The notes: a model not told the origin generated them from the letters alone. A stretch of DNA of 64,000 bases from Pseudomonadota bacterium (GCA_036339995.1 JAYYZW010000119.1:691-64690), one strand, 5' to 3'. Positions 25,784 to 36,830 are shown, counted from the first letter of the stretch. Program-made: numbers and translations.

Positions 25784-25790
25784 GCTGACC

Positions 25791-27071
25791 GTGCAGGCGG
25801 GCGGTCGCCTGACGGGCGAGGTTGCACTTCCGGGTGACAAATCCTTGTCGCATCGCGCGGTCATGCTGGGCGCGCTCGCGGACGGTCCGTGCCGGGTACG
25901 ATCCTGTCTGCTGGGGGACGACGTGCGGGCTACGGTCAGTGCCTTGGAGGCCATGGGAGTTGAGATCGAAATCGGCAACGATCAGATCCTCACCGTCCAT
26001 GGTGTCGGGGTCGACGGCTTGAACGCGCCGCGCGTGGCACTCGATCTTGGAAATTCCGGGACGTCGATGAGGCTTCTGTCCGGGATCGTGGCCGGCGCCG
26101 GCATCGCCGCTACCCTTATCGGCGACGCGTCCTTGAGTACACGGCCGATGAAGCGCGTCGCCGATCCGCTCAGGCGCATGGGCGCCCGAATCGAAACCTC
26201 GGCCGACGGGACGCCGCCACTGCGGATAGCAGCCGCGGGATTGCTGAAGGGGATCGACTATGCGGTGCCCATGGCGAGCGCCCAGATCAAATCAGCGGTG
26301 CTGCTCGCGGGTCTTCTAGCGTCAGGCACGACGCGTGTGTCGGAGCCGGCGCCTACGCGCGACCACACCGAACGCATGCTGGAGGCTTTCGGCGTTAAAC
26401 TTTCCCGCGAAGGTCCGTGGATCGGGATATGCGGCGGACAGCGCTTGCAGGCGGTTGATATCACGATACCCGCCGATATTTCGTCTGCCGCGTTCTTTAT
26501 CGTCGGCGCGGCGATTGCGGAGGGCAGCCGGCTGGTCTTGCCCGGCGTGGGCGTAAATCCGACCCGCACCGGCGTCATCGACATCCTGCGGGAAATGGGG
26601 GCGGACATCGCCCTCGACTCGCGGCGTTCCTACGGCGCTGAGCCGGTCGCCGATATATCGGTTACAGGCTCCGTACTGGATGGCATTCGTATTCCGCCCG
26701 AATCCGTGTCGCTTGCCATCGACGAATTCCCGGCGATATTCGTGGCCGCAGCCTGTGCGCGTGGTCAAACAGTCCTGCGTGGCGCCGAGGAACTGCGGCA
26801 CAAGGAAAGCGACCGTATTGTGATCATGGCCGAAGGCCTGCGTCAGCTCGGTGTCGCCGTGGAAACATTCGACGACGGCATCGCGATCGAAGGCGGTGAA
26901 CTGACTGGTGGCGAGGTCGATGCACACGGCGACCACCGCGTCGCGATGGCGTTCGCCATGGCGGCGCTGCGCGCGAGCGGGCCGATCAGCATTCGCAATG
27001 CCGCGGCCATCGCTACCTCCTTCCCGGCGTTTGCCGAGACGGCGCGGAACGCCGGATTGCGCGCGGCCTGA
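25791..27071 (+). CDS. aroA: 3-phosphoshikimate 1-carboxyvinyltransferase (EPSP synthase)
   Basis: AroA motifs [10 protein letters not shown] and LDLGNSGT are in frame 0. That frame stays open back to 25326 and overlaps tyrA. The start was placed at GTG 25791, just after the tyrA stop, and is uncertain. Confidence 0.78.
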   Translation: MQAGGRLTGEVALPGDKSLSHRAVMLGALADGPCRVRSCLLGDDVRATVSALEAMGVEIEIGNDQILTVHGVGVDGLNAPRVALDLGNSGTSMRLLSGIVAGAGIAATLIGDASLSTRPMKRVADPLRRMGARIETSADGTPPLRIAAAGLLKGIDYAVPMASAQIKSAVLLAGLLASGTTRVSEPAPTRDHTERMLEAFGVKLSREGPWIGICGGQRLQAVDITIPADISSAAFFIVGAAIAEGSRLVLPGVGVNPTRTGVIDILREMGADIALDSRRSYGAEPVADISVTGSVLDGIRIPPESVSLAIDEFPAIFVAAACARGQTVLRGAEELRHKESDRIVIMAEGLRQLGVAVETFDDGIAIEGGELTGGEVDAHGDHRVAMAFAMAALRASGPISIRNAAAIATSFPAFAETARNAGLRAA

Positions 27072-27073
27072 CG

Positions 27074-27754
27074 GTGCTTGACAGGGTTCCGGTCATCACC
27101 ATCGACGGCCCTAGCAGCAGTGGCAAGGGCACCCTCGCCCGACTCGTCAAGAGCTGGCTCGGTTGGCATCTGCTGGATTCCGGTTCGCTCTACCGCCTGG
27201 TCGCGCTCGAGGCGCGGCGTGGCGGCACCGATTTCGAAGACGAAGCGGCCCTCGCCGCCGTGGCCGGCAGGCTCCGCGCCGAATTCGTCGATGAGAAGGC
27301 GGAAACAAAGCTAGTACTCCGCGGCCGCGATGTCACCGACGAGCTGCGCTCCGAAGCGTGCGGCACGGACGCTTCTAGCCTGGCGGCCTACCCCGCGGTG
27401 CGGGCGGCCCTGTTGGAGCGCCAGCGGGCATTTCTCGAACCGCCCGGCTTGGTCGCGGACGGGCGCGACATGGGCACGGTCGTTTTTCCCCATGCCGACC
27501 ACAAGATCTACCTCACCGCGAGCACCGAGGAACGTGCCCGAAGGCGCTATAAGCAGTTGAAACAAAAAGGAATGAGTGTTAACCTCGCGCAGCTTTTGGG
27601 GGACATTGCTGAGCGTGATCGACGGGATAAACAACGTACGGTTTCCCCACTAAAGCCCGCAACCGACGCCGTCCTCCTCGACACGACCCGACTGGACGTA
27701 TCCGCAGTAGAGGATCAGATAAAGCGTCTGGTGCGCGATATCGGTCTAGCCTAA
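27074..27754 (+). CDS. cmk: cytidylate kinase
   Basis: 226 aa with P-loop [12 protein letters not shown] start 2 nt after the aroA stop. Confidence 0.9.
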   Translation: MLDRVPVITIDGPSSSGKGTLARLVKSWLGWHLLDSGSLYRLVALEARRGGTDFEDEAALAAVAGRLRAEFVDEKAETKLVLRGRDVTDELRSEACGTDASSLAAYPAVRAALLERQRAFLEPPGLVADGRDMGTVVFPHADHKIYLTASTEERARRRYKQLKQKGMSVNLAQLLGDIAERDRRDKQRTVSPLKPATDAVLLDTTRLDVSAVEDQIKRLVRDIGLA

Positions 27755-27875
27755 AGTACGCGATTTAAGCGTCCGACGCCGGATTGCCCATTAACACGAC
27801 TAGGAGACGAGGACGTCTGAACTGAGCGAGTGGTGAGTGCGCCGCGGCAGAACAGACATTCGGTTTGTAAATACT

Positions 27876-29546
27876 ATGGCGGAGAGTTTCGCAGAATTAT
27901 TCGAACAAAGTCAGATTGAATCCAAAATGCGGCCGGGCACCATCGTCAAGGGCACGGTCGTGGAAATCCGCGCGGATTTCGTGGTCGTCAATGCCGGACT
28001 CAAGTCCGAAGGGGTGATTCCGGCTGAGCAGTTTCGCAATCCCGAGGGCGAAGTCGAGGTCACCGTCGGGGAAGAAATCGACGTGGCGCTCGACGCGGTA
28101 GAGGACGGTTACGGGGAAACACGGCTGTCCCGGGAAAAGGCCAAGCGTGCGAAGGCCTGGGAAGAGTTGGAAGAGGCTTGCGAAGAAAGCAAGACCGTCA
28201 CGGGCGTCATCAGCGACAAAGTCAAAGGCGGCTTCACTGTCGATATCAGTTCCATACGCGCCTTTCTGCCGGGGTCGCTGGTAGACGTGCGACCCGTCCG
28301 CGACACCAGTTATCTCGAGGGTAAACCCCTCGAATTCAAAGTCATCAAGGTCGACCGTCGCCGCAACAACGTCGTCGTTTCACGCCGCGCGGTCGTCGAA
28401 AATGAGAATTCGGCCGAGCGGGAGGCGCTGCTCGACAGCCTGTCGGAAGGAACGGTCATTACGGGTCTGGTCAAGAATCTGACCGATTACGGCGCGTTCA
28501 TCGATCTCGGTGGTATCGATGGCCTGTTACATATTACCGACATGGCCTGGCGGCGGGTGAAGCACCCCTCCGAGGTGGTCAACATTGGCGACGAGATCGA
28601 AGTGAGGGTCTTGAAGTTTGATCGCGAGCGCCAGCGCGTGTCACTCGGCCTCAAGCAATTGGGCGACGATCCGTGGGTCGACATCGCGCGGCGCTATCCG
28701 GAGCACTCTCGACTGTTTGGCAAGGTTTCGAACATCGCCGATTACGGCTGCTTCGTCGAGATCGAAGAAGGCGTGGAAGGATTGGTTCACGTTTCCGAAA
28801 TGGATTGGACCAATAAGAACGTGCACCCCACGAAAGTCGTTCACCTTGGCGAGGAAGTGGAAGTGATGGTGCTCGACATCGACGAAGAGCGCCGGCGCAT
28901 TTCACTCGGCATGAAACAGTGTCGAGCCAATCCCTGGGAAGAATTCGCCGCGACGCACAACAAGAACGATCGTGTTGTGGGCACGATAAAATCGATCACG
29001 GATTTCGGTATTTTCATCGGTCTGGACGGCGGCATAGACGGCCTTGTACATCTATCGGATCTGTCGTGGGATCTCTTGGGTGAAGACGTCGTACGCAATT
29101 ATAAAAAGGGTGACGAGCTCGAAACCGTAGTACTGGCTGTGGACGCCGAACGCGAACGCATTTCCTTGGGCGTCAAACAGCTGGCCCAGGACCCGTTTTC
29201 GACCTACCTCGCTCTGAACGCGAAGGGCACGCGCGTCACCGGTAAAATCGTGAGCGTCGATGCCAAGGCAGCGGTTATCGAGCTTGCGGAAGGCGTAGAA
29301 GGCACGATCAGGGCCTCCGAACTCTCGATCGATCAGGTCGACGATACCAGTAAAGTCCTCAAGGAAGGCGAGCAACTCGAGGCGCTCATCGTCGGTGTCG
29401 ATCGTAAGCGCCGCGTCGTCACTCTTTCAGTCAAGGCCAAGGAGAATGAAGAAGAACAGGCGGCACTGCAGGAATACAGCGCCGAAAATGAATCTTCGCG
29501 GACGACGCTCGGTGACCTGCTGAAAGGGCAGCTTGACTCCAAATAG
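27876..29546 (+). CDS. rpsA: 30S ribosomal protein S1
   Basis: Six S1 repeats. Start at ATG 27876 ([11 protein letters not shown]...), the typical RpsA N-terminus. Confidence 0.95.
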   Translation: MAESFAELFEQSQIESKMRPGTIVKGTVVEIRADFVVVNAGLKSEGVIPAEQFRNPEGEVEVTVGEEIDVALDAVEDGYGETRLSREKAKRAKAWEELEEACEESKTVTGVISDKVKGGFTVDISSIRAFLPGSLVDVRPVRDTSYLEGKPLEFKVIKVDRRRNNVVVSRRAVVENENSAEREALLDSLSEGTVITGLVKNLTDYGAFIDLGGIDGLLHITDMAWRRVKHPSEVVNIGDEIEVRVLKFDRERQRVSLGLKQLGDDPWVDIARRYPEHSRLFGKVSNIADYGCFVEIEEGVEGLVHVSEMDWTNKNVHPTKVVHLGEEVEVMVLDIDEERRRISLGMKQCRANPWEEFAATHNKNDRVVGTIKSITDFGIFIGLDGGIDGLVHLSDLSWDLLGEDVVRNYKKGDELETVVLAVDAERERISLGVKQLAQDPFSTYLALNAKGTRVTGKIVSVDAKAAVIELAEGVEGTIRASELSIDQVDDTSKVLKEGEQLEALIVGVDRKRRVVTLSVKAKENEEEQAALQEYSAENESSRTTLGDLLKGQLDSK

Positions 29547-29604
29547 CATTGCCCTGACGTATCCGAGTTACGGATAAATCCGACAAAGCTAATCGAGAAG
29601 AATA

Positions 29605-29976
29605 ATGACGAAGTCTGAACTGATCGAATCGCTTGTATGGAAACAGTCTCAACTCGGCTATCGTGATGTCGAATTGGCCGTCAAGACTATGCTCGAACAT
29701 ATGGGGCAAACGCTTGCTTCGGGCGAACGAATAGAAATTAGAGGCTTCGGCAGTTTTTCGTTGCACTACCGGCCGCCGCGGGTCGGGCGCAATCCCAAGT
29801 CGGGTGATGCCGTGTCGTTGTCGGCGAAGTATGTGCCGCATTTCAAACCGGGTAAGGAATTGCGCGAAAGGGTAAATAACGGCGCGGTCAAGGCGCGGGA
29901 GATCAGACCCGCCAACGACAACGATCCCGACACCGAATCCGACCAAGAGCGGGATGGATCCGACACTATTTCCTAA
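29605..29976 (+). CDS. ihfB: integration host factor subunit beta, with acidic C-terminal extension
   Basis: MTKSELIE...[22 protein letters not shown] matches IhfB. About 30 extra C-terminal residues rich in D/E/S. Confidence 0.9.
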   Translation: MTKSELIESLVWKQSQLGYRDVELAVKTMLEHMGQTLASGERIEIRGFGSFSLHYRPPRVGRNPKSGDAVSLSAKYVPHFKPGKELRERVNNGAVKAREIRPANDNDPDTESDQERDGSDTIS

Positions 29977-30166
29977 CGAGGCCGATAACGATCTTACTGG
30001 CTGCCAGGCCCGTTCCTACCAACGAAACCGCTGGCGAGCGAATCGAAACTCGATCCGGCTGCAGCATCCGTGCGATCATACCTCTCCTGCCGTGAGCAGA
30101 GCTTGGGAGACCGTATGCCATACAAGCTTCCAGTCGTTGATCGGTCGCTATCAGAAGGGAACTGAA

Positions 30167-30460
30167 TTGTCTCGTGTGCTGTATATGGCGTTCGCTATTT
30201 TCGTGGCGGTGTGCGGACTCGCGTTCCACGTACGCAACGATCAGGAAATCGTTTTAAATTATATTGCGGGCAGTCTCCAAATCGAATTGTCTATCGTCGT
30301 TGTTGGTGCTCTCGTTGCCGGCGCGATACTCGGCGTGCTTGCAATGACAGCCACCGTCCTGCGCCTCAGGCGCAATATCAGGCGTCTCTCCCGGCGAAAT
30401 GAAATCGCGAGCCGCGAGCTTTCGAGCCTGAGAGCCATTTCGCTAAACGATGGCGGCTGA
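30167..30460 (+). CDS. lapA: lipopolysaccharide assembly protein A
   Basis: TTG start with a GAAGGGAA RBS. About 97 aa, two TM helices, NDQ motif similar to E. coli LapA. The longer ORF 29954.. was rejected as an upstream extension. Confidence 0.6.
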   Translation: MSRVLYMAFAIFVAVCGLAFHVRNDQEIVLNYIAGSLQIELSIVVVGALVAGAILGVLAMTATVLRLRRNIRRLSRRNEIASRELSSLRAISLNDGG

Positions 30461-31634
30461 ATACCTTTTCGGAATCGTCGTTCTTCTGCTGCCGCTCGCG
30501 GCCGTCTCCGGTTGGTACTTCGGCCGTAGGGAAATTTCGCCCGATGCAGCGCGTAACGGCGTGTCAGGCATCTCATCAGACTATTTCCGCGGACTCAATT
30601 ACCTGCTCGACGACCGACCGGACAAGGCCATCGAGGTTTTCATCAAGGTCTTGGAGGTCGAAAGTGAAACCGTGGAAACACACCTCGCCTTGGGCAATCT
30701 GTTTCGGCGTCGCGGCGAAGTCGACCGGGCGATTCGCATTCACCAAAACCTGGTGTCGAAGCCGAGCCTGGACTTCGATCAGCGTGCGCTCGCGTTGCTC
30801 GAACTGGGTTTGGATTATATGCGTTCGGGTCTGTTGGACCGCGCTGAGAGCTTGTTCAAGGAATTGCTCGAATCCGGTGCGCACCAGCGCGATGCCATGG
30901 ACCACTTGATCGATATTTACCAGCAGGAGCAGGACTGGGACAAGGCGCTCGAATACACAGGGCGCCTCGAGAAACTGGCCAACCGCGATTTAGGTGACGT
31001 GCGCGCGCATTTTTATTGCGAGCAAGCGCAGACGCAAACCGAAGAGGGTAATATCGAGAATGCGAGCGATCTGTTGCGCCACGCGATTCGGATGGACAAG
31101 AACTGCGTGCGCGCAAGCCTCATGCAGGCGGAAATTGCGATGACCGCGGGCGCGTACGAGGCTGCGATTCGTCATCTCGAGGAAATCGAAAAACAGAACC
31201 TGGCGTTTCTGCCCGAGGCGATCAATCCGCTCGTCGAGAGCTACCGGGCCTTGGATCGTATTGCCGACCTCGTACGCTACCTTGAACGGTTAAGCACGCT
31301 TCACGCCGGGATCACTCCGGTGCTCGTACTGGCCGAAGTCATGACAGAACTGGGTGAGGTCGAGGAGGCGAAAAAGCGCATTATCGACGAACTCAAGATC
31401 CGGCCGACCGTACGGGGTATCGACCGATTGATCGATTATTCACTAACCAGCGCGGAAGGTGAAACGAAGGAGAATCTCGTACTCCTCAAGGAACTCACGG
31501 CAAGTCTCCTCGAGGAAAAGTCGAGCTACATGTGCAGAAACTGCGGATTCAAAGGACGCTCGCTCCACTGGCAGTGTCCCAGCTGTAAGCTCTGGAATTC
31601 GGTAAAACCGATCCACGGCATCGAGGGCGAATGA
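30450..31634 (+). CDS. lapB: lipopolysaccharide assembly protein B (TPR plus rubredoxin-like C-terminus)
   Basis: 394 aa. N-terminal TM helix, TPR repeats and C-terminal CRNCGF...CPSC metal-binding motif. Confidence 0.85.
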   Translation: MAAEYLFGIVVLLLPLAAVSGWYFGRREISPDAARNGVSGISSDYFRGLNYLLDDRPDKAIEVFIKVLEVESETVETHLALGNLFRRRGEVDRAIRIHQNLVSKPSLDFDQRALALLELGLDYMRSGLLDRAESLFKELLESGAHQRDAMDHLIDIYQQEQDWDKALEYTGRLEKLANRDLGDVRAHFYCEQAQTQTEEGNIENASDLLRHAIRMDKNCVRASLMQAEIAMTAGAYEAAIRHLEEIEKQNLAFLPEAINPLVESYRALDRIADLVRYLERLSTLHAGITPVLVLAEVMTELGEVEEAKKRIIDELKIRPTVRGIDRLIDYSLTSAEGETKENLVLLKELTASLLEEKSSYMCRNCGFKGRSLHWQCPSCKLWNSVKPIHGIEGE

Positions 31635-31677
31635 ACCGACGCTGCAAGCGTTTGTGCGCCGATCACTGCGCCATAGA

Positions 31678-31847
31678 TTTAGGGAGCCCCTAAATAAGTC
31701 ATGGTACATCTGCCTTGCCCGTGAAATCGCGGAGCCTTACGTTACGAACCTTGCCAATAGTCCCCGCTATTGGCAAGGTTCGTGCCTTGATCTGCGCGAT
31801 TTCGTGAACAATTCAGACGCACGATGACTTATTCAGAGGTTCCTTAG
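31678..31847. repeat. MITE/REP-like palindromic mosaic element, copy 2 (about 170 bp)
   Basis: TIR pair ...TAAATAAGTCATGG / CGATGACTTATTCAGAGGTTCCTTAG. Perfect 17-bp central hairpin ACGAACCTTGCCAATAG-tccccg-CTATTGGCAAGGTTCGT. Right end 7 bp from the pyrF ATG. Confidence 0.8.
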
Positions 31848-31853
31848 CTTGCG

Positions 31854-32573
31854 ATGAACAGATCGCTTAAACCGGTGATCGTCGCCCTCGATTTCCCGAA
31901 TCTGGATCTAGCGCTCACACTAGCCGATCGACTCGATCCCGGCGTCTGCCGCGTCAAAATCGGCAGCGAATTATTCACGCGCGCCGGCCCGGGGTCGGTT
32001 CGCGCGCTGATCGAACGCGGCTTTGACGTCTTTCTCGATCTCAAGTTTCATGACATTCCCAACACGGTCGCGGGCGCCTGTCGCGCCGCGGCTGAATTGG
32101 GTTGCTGGATGATGAACGTGCACACTGGAGGCGGTGCCGCCATGATGCAGGCCGCGCGGGAAGCGATTCACTGCGATGATGGCCCACTACTCATCGGCGT
32201 TACGGTTCTGACCAGCATGGGCGACGCGACACTCGACGCGGTCGGCGTTCGACACTCTCCAATGGATCAGGTCTCGCGACTCGCACGGCTGGCGGCTGAG
32301 GCAGGACTCGATGGTGTGGTCTGCTCGCCGATGGAGCTCGCCGACTTGCGCGGGCAACGGGGCTTCGACTTCAAACTCGTGACCCCTGGCATCAGGCCTC
32401 TCGGTGCGGCCCGCGGCGACCAGAAACGGATCGCAACGCCCGCAGAGGCCATCACAGCCGGAGCTGATTACCTGGTCGTCGGCAGACCGCTGACAAGCTC
32501 CGAGCATCCAGAAGAGGTGCTGGCCATGATCAACGCTGAATGCGCCACCGCGGCGGATACCCGCGACCACTGA
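31854..32573 (+). CDS. pyrF: orotidine 5'-phosphate decarboxylase
   Basis: 239 aa with PyrF motifs VALDF and [11 protein letters not shown]. Confidence 0.9.
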   Translation: MNRSLKPVIVALDFPNLDLALTLADRLDPGVCRVKIGSELFTRAGPGSVRALIERGFDVFLDLKFHDIPNTVAGACRAAAELGCWMMNVHTGGGAAMMQAAREAIHCDDGPLLIGVTVLTSMGDATLDAVGVRHSPMDQVSRLARLAAEAGLDGVVCSPMELADLRGQRGFDFKLVTPGIRPLGAARGDQKRIATPAEAITAGADYLVVGRPLTSSEHPEEVLAMINAECATAADTRDH

Positions 32574-32587
32574 TCTGTTCGATCGCC

Positions 32588-35500
32588 ATGCTTGAGCCCT
32601 CCGCGCGACCCAGCCCGCTTGACCCGCCGCGCCCGGGCGAACCCGGCGAGATCGGTCAGTGGACGCGTCTCTATGGCGCGGCGAAATCGGTCGCAATTGC
32701 CGCGGCAGCCAGCGATCAAAATGGTCCGGTGGTCATCATCGCGCCCGATACGGCGAGCGCGATCCGCTTCGAACGCGAGATCGCTTTTTTCGCCCCGGCA
32801 TTACCGCGCTATGCAATTCCCGACTGGGAGACGCTTCCATACGATCGCTTCAGTCCGTACCAGGACATCATTAGCGAACGGATCGCGACCCTGATCCGCA
32901 TGCCCTCGATCACCCACGGCGTCGTCATCATGGGGGTCAACACGGCGATGCACCGCTTTGCGCCGCGCAAATGGATGAACGCTCGCGCATTCAGTCAGAA
33001 TCCGGGTGATCAGCTGGACCGTGTCGCGTTTCTCGCGAAGCTTGACGCGGCCGGGTATCGCCGATGCGTGCAGGTGGCAGAGCACGGAGACTACGCCGTT
33101 CGCGGGGCCTTGATCGATGTTTTCCCGATGGGCGCGGATCAGCCGTTTCGCATTGATCTCTTTGACGATGAAATCGAAACGCTGCGCCGCTTCGATGTCG
33201 AGACCCAACGCTCGATTTCACACGTCGATGCCATCGAACTACTGCCGGCCCGCGAGTTCCCGCTCGACGACAGTGCGATCAGAGAATTTCGCCGTGCCTG
33301 GCGCCTCGAATTCGAGGGTCGCCCGCAAGCCTGCTCCCTGTACGAAGACGTGTCGGCCGGTCTGGCGCCGGCCGGCATCGAATACTACCTGCCTTTGTTC
33401 TTCGACGAGCTCGCGCTCGTCACGGATTACTTCCCGGGTAACGCGCTGGTAGTAATCGACGAAGGCGTGGAGGCGGCGTCGGAACGTTTTAAGCACTCGG
33501 TCCAGGAACGTTATGAAGCCCTGCGGCACGATAGCGAACGTCCGATCGTGAAACCGCCGCGCATGTTTGTAGATTTCGACATCATTCTCGCAGCGCTGGC
33601 ACCATTTTCCTGCCTGACAGTCAGTGGCATAGAACCGACGCGCGGCACACGTGCTACGGAGTTCGCTGCGCACGCACCGGTGCAGGTTCCGGTCGACGCA
33701 CGTGCTGCCGACCCGTTCGCCCTGTTGCGCGACTACACCGCGCGCGCGGATGGGCGCATCTTGTTCCTGGCCCCATCGCTCGGCCGCCGTGAGACCCTGA
33801 TGGAACTCTTTACCGCGCAGCCGTTTCGGCCTCGTCCCTTCGAAACGTGGTCGGATTTTTTGCAAGCAGACGCGCGGGTCGGGATTGCGGTGGCGCCCGC
33901 CGTTGGAGGTGTGGAAATCGAAACGCCCCGCATCAGCTTGCTGACTGAAGCGCAGTTATTCGGCGAGCGCGCCGCGCAAAGCAGACGCAGACGCCGCAGC
34001 GCCGCAGATAGCGAAGCAGTCATCAGAAACCTGACCGAGCTTCACGATGGTTCACCGGTCGTACACGAGCAGCACGGGGTCGGTCGTTTTCAAGGCCTCG
34101 AGGTATTGGACGTGGGCGGAATTACCAACGAGTTCATCAAGCTCGAGTATGCCGACGGCGACATCCTCTACCTGCCTGTCAGCGGGCTCAACCTGATCAG
34201 CCGTTACTCGGGCGTCGATCCAGACCACGCGCCTTTGCACAAACTGGGTAGCGGACAGTGGGACAAGGCGCGTCGAAAGGCCGCGGAAAAAATTCGAGAC
34301 GTGGCTGCAGAACTGCTAGAGATTAATGCCAGGCGCGCGGCGCGCAAGGGCCATGCATTTGCCGTGGATCGAGGAGCCTACACCAGCTTCGAGCAGGCTT
34401 TTCCATTCGAAGAAACGGTCGATCAAATCAGCGCCGTCGAGGCCGTGTTTGATGATATGCAGAAAGAACAGCCCATGGATCGGTTGATCTGCGGCGACGT
34501 CGGGTTTGGTAAAACCGAAGTCGCAATGCGGGCCGCGTTTGTTGCGGTTAATGATGGCTTCCAGGTCGCCATCCTCGTGCCGACGACTTTGCTCGCGCGC
34601 CAGCATTTCGAAACTTTAAAGGATCGCTTTGCAGACTGGCCGGTTCGCATCGAACAGCTTTCGCGCTTTCAAGATTCCAGGGCCGCGCGCGATGTACTCG
34701 CCGGCCTTGCCGACGGCAGGGTCGACGTCGTCGTCGGCACTCATAAATTGCTGGGGAAGGATGTCCGATTCAGGCGCATGGGCCTTTTGATAGTCGATGA
34801 AGAGCACCGCTTCGGTGTACGCCAGAAAGAGCAGATCAAGAAACTCCGCAGCGACGTCGATATTTTAACGCTCACCGCAACGCCGATCCCGCGGACTCTC
34901 AATCTCGCATTGGCCGGAACGCGCGAACTCTCGATTATTGCGACGGCACCGGCAAAACGTCTAGCAATCAAGACCTTTGTCAGGGAGTGGTCGGAGCCGC
35001 TGGTGCGCGAGGCGATTCTGCGCGAGATCGGACGCGGCGGCCAGGTGTACTTCGTGCACAACGAAGTCGGGAACATCGAAAAAATGGCGGATAAGGTGCG
35101 CGAGATCGCGCCAGAAGCGCGCGTCGCGGTAGCCCACGGTCAAATGCGGGAGCGCGCGCTGGAGCAGGTCATGCTCGATTTCTATCACGGCCGGTGCAAT
35201 GTGCTCTTGTGCACGACGATCATAGAATCCGGCATCGACGTGTCGAACGCTAACACCATGATCATCAACCGAGCGAATAAATTCGGGCTCGCGCAACTCT
35301 ACCAGCTTCGCGGTCGGGTCGGGCGGTCTCATCACCGCGCATACGCTTACCTCGTGGTCCCGCATCGCAAGGAGATGACCACTGATGCGGTCAAGCGACT
35401 GGAAGCTATTGAATCACTGGAGGAACTCGGCGTCGGCTTTTCCTTGGCTACGCATGACCTCGAGATCCGGGGCGCCGGAGAAATCCTCGGTGAGGAGCAA

Positions 35501-36055
35501 AGCGGTCACATCCAGGAAATCGGGTTCGGACTCTACTCGGAGCTTTTAAGGCGCACCGTTTCGGCCCTCAAATCGGGCCAGATCGTCAATTTGGATGACG
35601 CGATCGATGCACGCGTCGAAATCGAACTGCATATTCCCGCGCTGTTGCCGGAGAACTATCTGCCGGACGTGCATGCGCGCTTGATTTTGTACAAGCGCAT
35701 CGCAAGCGCGCGCGGCGGCGAAGAGCTTAAGGATCTGCGCGAAGAGATCATCGATCGGTTCGGCGTTTTCGGTAGCCCTGTCGACAACCTGTTTCGTGTT
35801 ACATCGCTGCGTCTCGACGCCGAGCATTTCGGAATTCGGAGAATCGATCTGGGCAGCAGGGGCGGCCGAATCGAGTTTCATTCAAATACCAATATTGATC
35901 CGAGTAGTATCATCGATCTCGTGCAGACCGACCCTGACTACCGCATGGATGGCGGCGAGAAATTACGGATTGTCAAAGAACTGCCCGATCGGGAGGCTAG
36001 GTTTGAAGAGCTGGCATTTCTGTTTGAGCAATTTCGCCGTAGATATGCTGCTTAA
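32588..36055 (+). CDS. mfd: transcription-repair coupling factor
   Basis: Start at internal ATG 32588 (MLEPS...). UvrB-homology region, RNAP-interaction domain, and DEEH helicase motifs with a TRG motif. Confidence 0.9.
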   Translation: MLEPSARPSPLDPPRPGEPGEIGQWTRLYGAAKSVAIAAAASDQNGPVVIIAPDTASAIRFEREIAFFAPALPRYAIPDWETLPYDRFSPYQDIISERIATLIRMPSITHGVVIMGVNTAMHRFAPRKWMNARAFSQNPGDQLDRVAFLAKLDAAGYRRCVQVAEHGDYAVRGALIDVFPMGADQPFRIDLFDDEIETLRRFDVETQRSISHVDAIELLPAREFPLDDSAIREFRRAWRLEFEGRPQACSLYEDVSAGLAPAGIEYYLPLFFDELALVTDYFPGNALVVIDEGVEAASERFKHSVQERYEALRHDSERPIVKPPRMFVDFDIILAALAPFSCLTVSGIEPTRGTRATEFAAHAPVQVPVDARAADPFALLRDYTARADGRILFLAPSLGRRETLMELFTAQPFRPRPFETWSDFLQADARVGIAVAPAVGGVEIETPRISLLTEAQLFGERAAQSRRRRRSAADSEAVIRNLTELHDGSPVVHEQHGVGRFQGLEVLDVGGITNEFIKLEYADGDILYLPVSGLNLISRYSGVDPDHAPLHKLGSGQWDKARRKAAEKIRDVAAELLEINARRAARKGHAFAVDRGAYTSFEQAFPFEETVDQISAVEAVFDDMQKEQPMDRLICGDVGFGKTEVAMRAAFVAVNDGFQVAILVPTTLLARQHFETLKDRFADWPVRIEQLSRFQDSRAARDVLAGLADGRVDVVVGTHKLLGKDVRFRRMGLLIVDEEHRFGVRQKEQIKKLRSDVDILTLTATPIPRTLNLALAGTRELSIIATAPAKRLAIKTFVREWSEPLVREAILREIGRGGQVYFVHNEVGNIEKMADKVREIAPEARVAVAHGQMRERALEQVMLDFYHGRCNVLLCTTIIESGIDVSNANTMIINRANKFGLAQLYQLRGRVGRSHHRAYAYLVVPHRKEMTTDAVKRLEAIESLEELGVGFSLATHDLEIRGAGEILGEEQSGHIQEIGFGLYSELLRRTVSALKSGQIVNLDDAIDARVEIELHIPALLPENYLPDVHARLILYKRIASARGGEELKDLREEIIDRFGVFGSPVDNLFRVTSLRLDAEHFGIRRIDLGSRGGRIEFHSNTNIDPSSIIDLVQTDPDYRMDGGEKLRIVKELPDREARFEELAFLFEQFRRRYAA

Positions 36056-36830
36056 AAAATACCTGTGCGCTGCGCTTGCCGCCCTGCTTGCGCTACCGGG
36101 TGCGGGTATGGGTGCGGGTGTGGGTGTGGGTGCGGCAGGGTGGTACCAGGTCGAGGTCGTCGTATTCCGGCATCTCCAGGGGCTAAGCGCGGGGGGTGAA
36201 GCCTGGCCGGAACTTACGGATCTTCCCGAGTTCGGCCGCGCTATGGAATTGATCATCGATCTGCCCGAGATGTCCGACGAACCGCCGCCGCTGACGGCGG
36301 GTTCAGAAGCCGGGCCGACCCCCATTGCATTCGAATTACTGCATAAAAAGGACCGCAAACTGAATGGCGTAGAGACTCGGTTACGGAATAGTGGCGAGTA
36401 TGAACCGCTTCTTTTCGCCGCCTGGCGCCAACCGAGTTTCGGCGTCGCCCGCGCTAAGCGGATTTATCTCTCTGACGATTATCTCACGAGGCGCGGCCCG
36501 ATCTTCACCGAATCGGATCCCGTGCACGGCGTTTCCGCCGTGGTGCCTCGTGCCGAGGGCGTGATCAGGGTCAAAGTCGGCCGTCTGCTCCATGTTAACG
36601 TGGACTTTCTTTATTACCACGAGGGCAACCCGGTACGCTTGACCGAAACGCGCAAACTCAAACTCCGGGAGATTCATTATTTCGATCACCCTCTGTTCGG
36701 CGTCATCCTTCAGGTATCCCCGTGGGTGCTACCGCAACTCGATCCGAAATCCGAGACCGATGGCGGCGAAGAAGACCGGCTGCAAGACGAGACCTCAGGT
36801 AAGCTTGCGGGTCAAAGCATCGATGATTGA
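36045..36830 (+). CDS. secreted hypothetical protein, possibly CsiV-like
   Basis: ATG 36045 overlaps the mfd 3' end by 11 nt. Signal peptide MLLKKYLCAALAALLALPGA followed by a (GxG)n hexanucleotide-repeat linker. The CsiV call rests only on a recollection that CsiV sits beside mfd in Vibrio. Confidence 0.45.
   Translation: MLLKKYLCAALAALLALPGAGMGAGVGVGAAGWYQVEVVVFRHLQGLSAGGEAWPELTDLPEFGRAMELIIDLPEMSDEPPPLTAGSEAGPTPIAFELLHKKDRKLNGVETRLRNSGEYEPLLFAAWRQPSFGVARAKRIYLSDDYLTRRGPIFTESDPVHGVSAVVPRAEGVIRVKVGRLLHVNVDFLYYHEGNPVRLTETRKLKLREIHYFDHPLFGVILQVSPWVLPQLDPKSETDGGEEDRLQDETSGKLAGQSIDD

Noticed and set aside
25326-25790. Frame-0 ORF 25326..27071 as a 581-aa AroA with a long N-terminal extension.
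   Set aside because: The upstream 150 residues overlap tyrA in another frame and look like translated noise. AroA homology only begins near 25790.
29954-30166. Long 168-aa form of LapA overlapping ihfB.
   Set aside because: The N-terminal 70 residues have no LapA similarity and overlap ihfB. A TTG start at 30167 with an RBS gives a LapA-sized protein.
35796-36044. Upstream extension of the 344-aa ORF overlapping the mfd 3' end.
   Set aside because: The extension is read from inside mfd. The signal peptide begins at ATG 36045, which is the sensible start.
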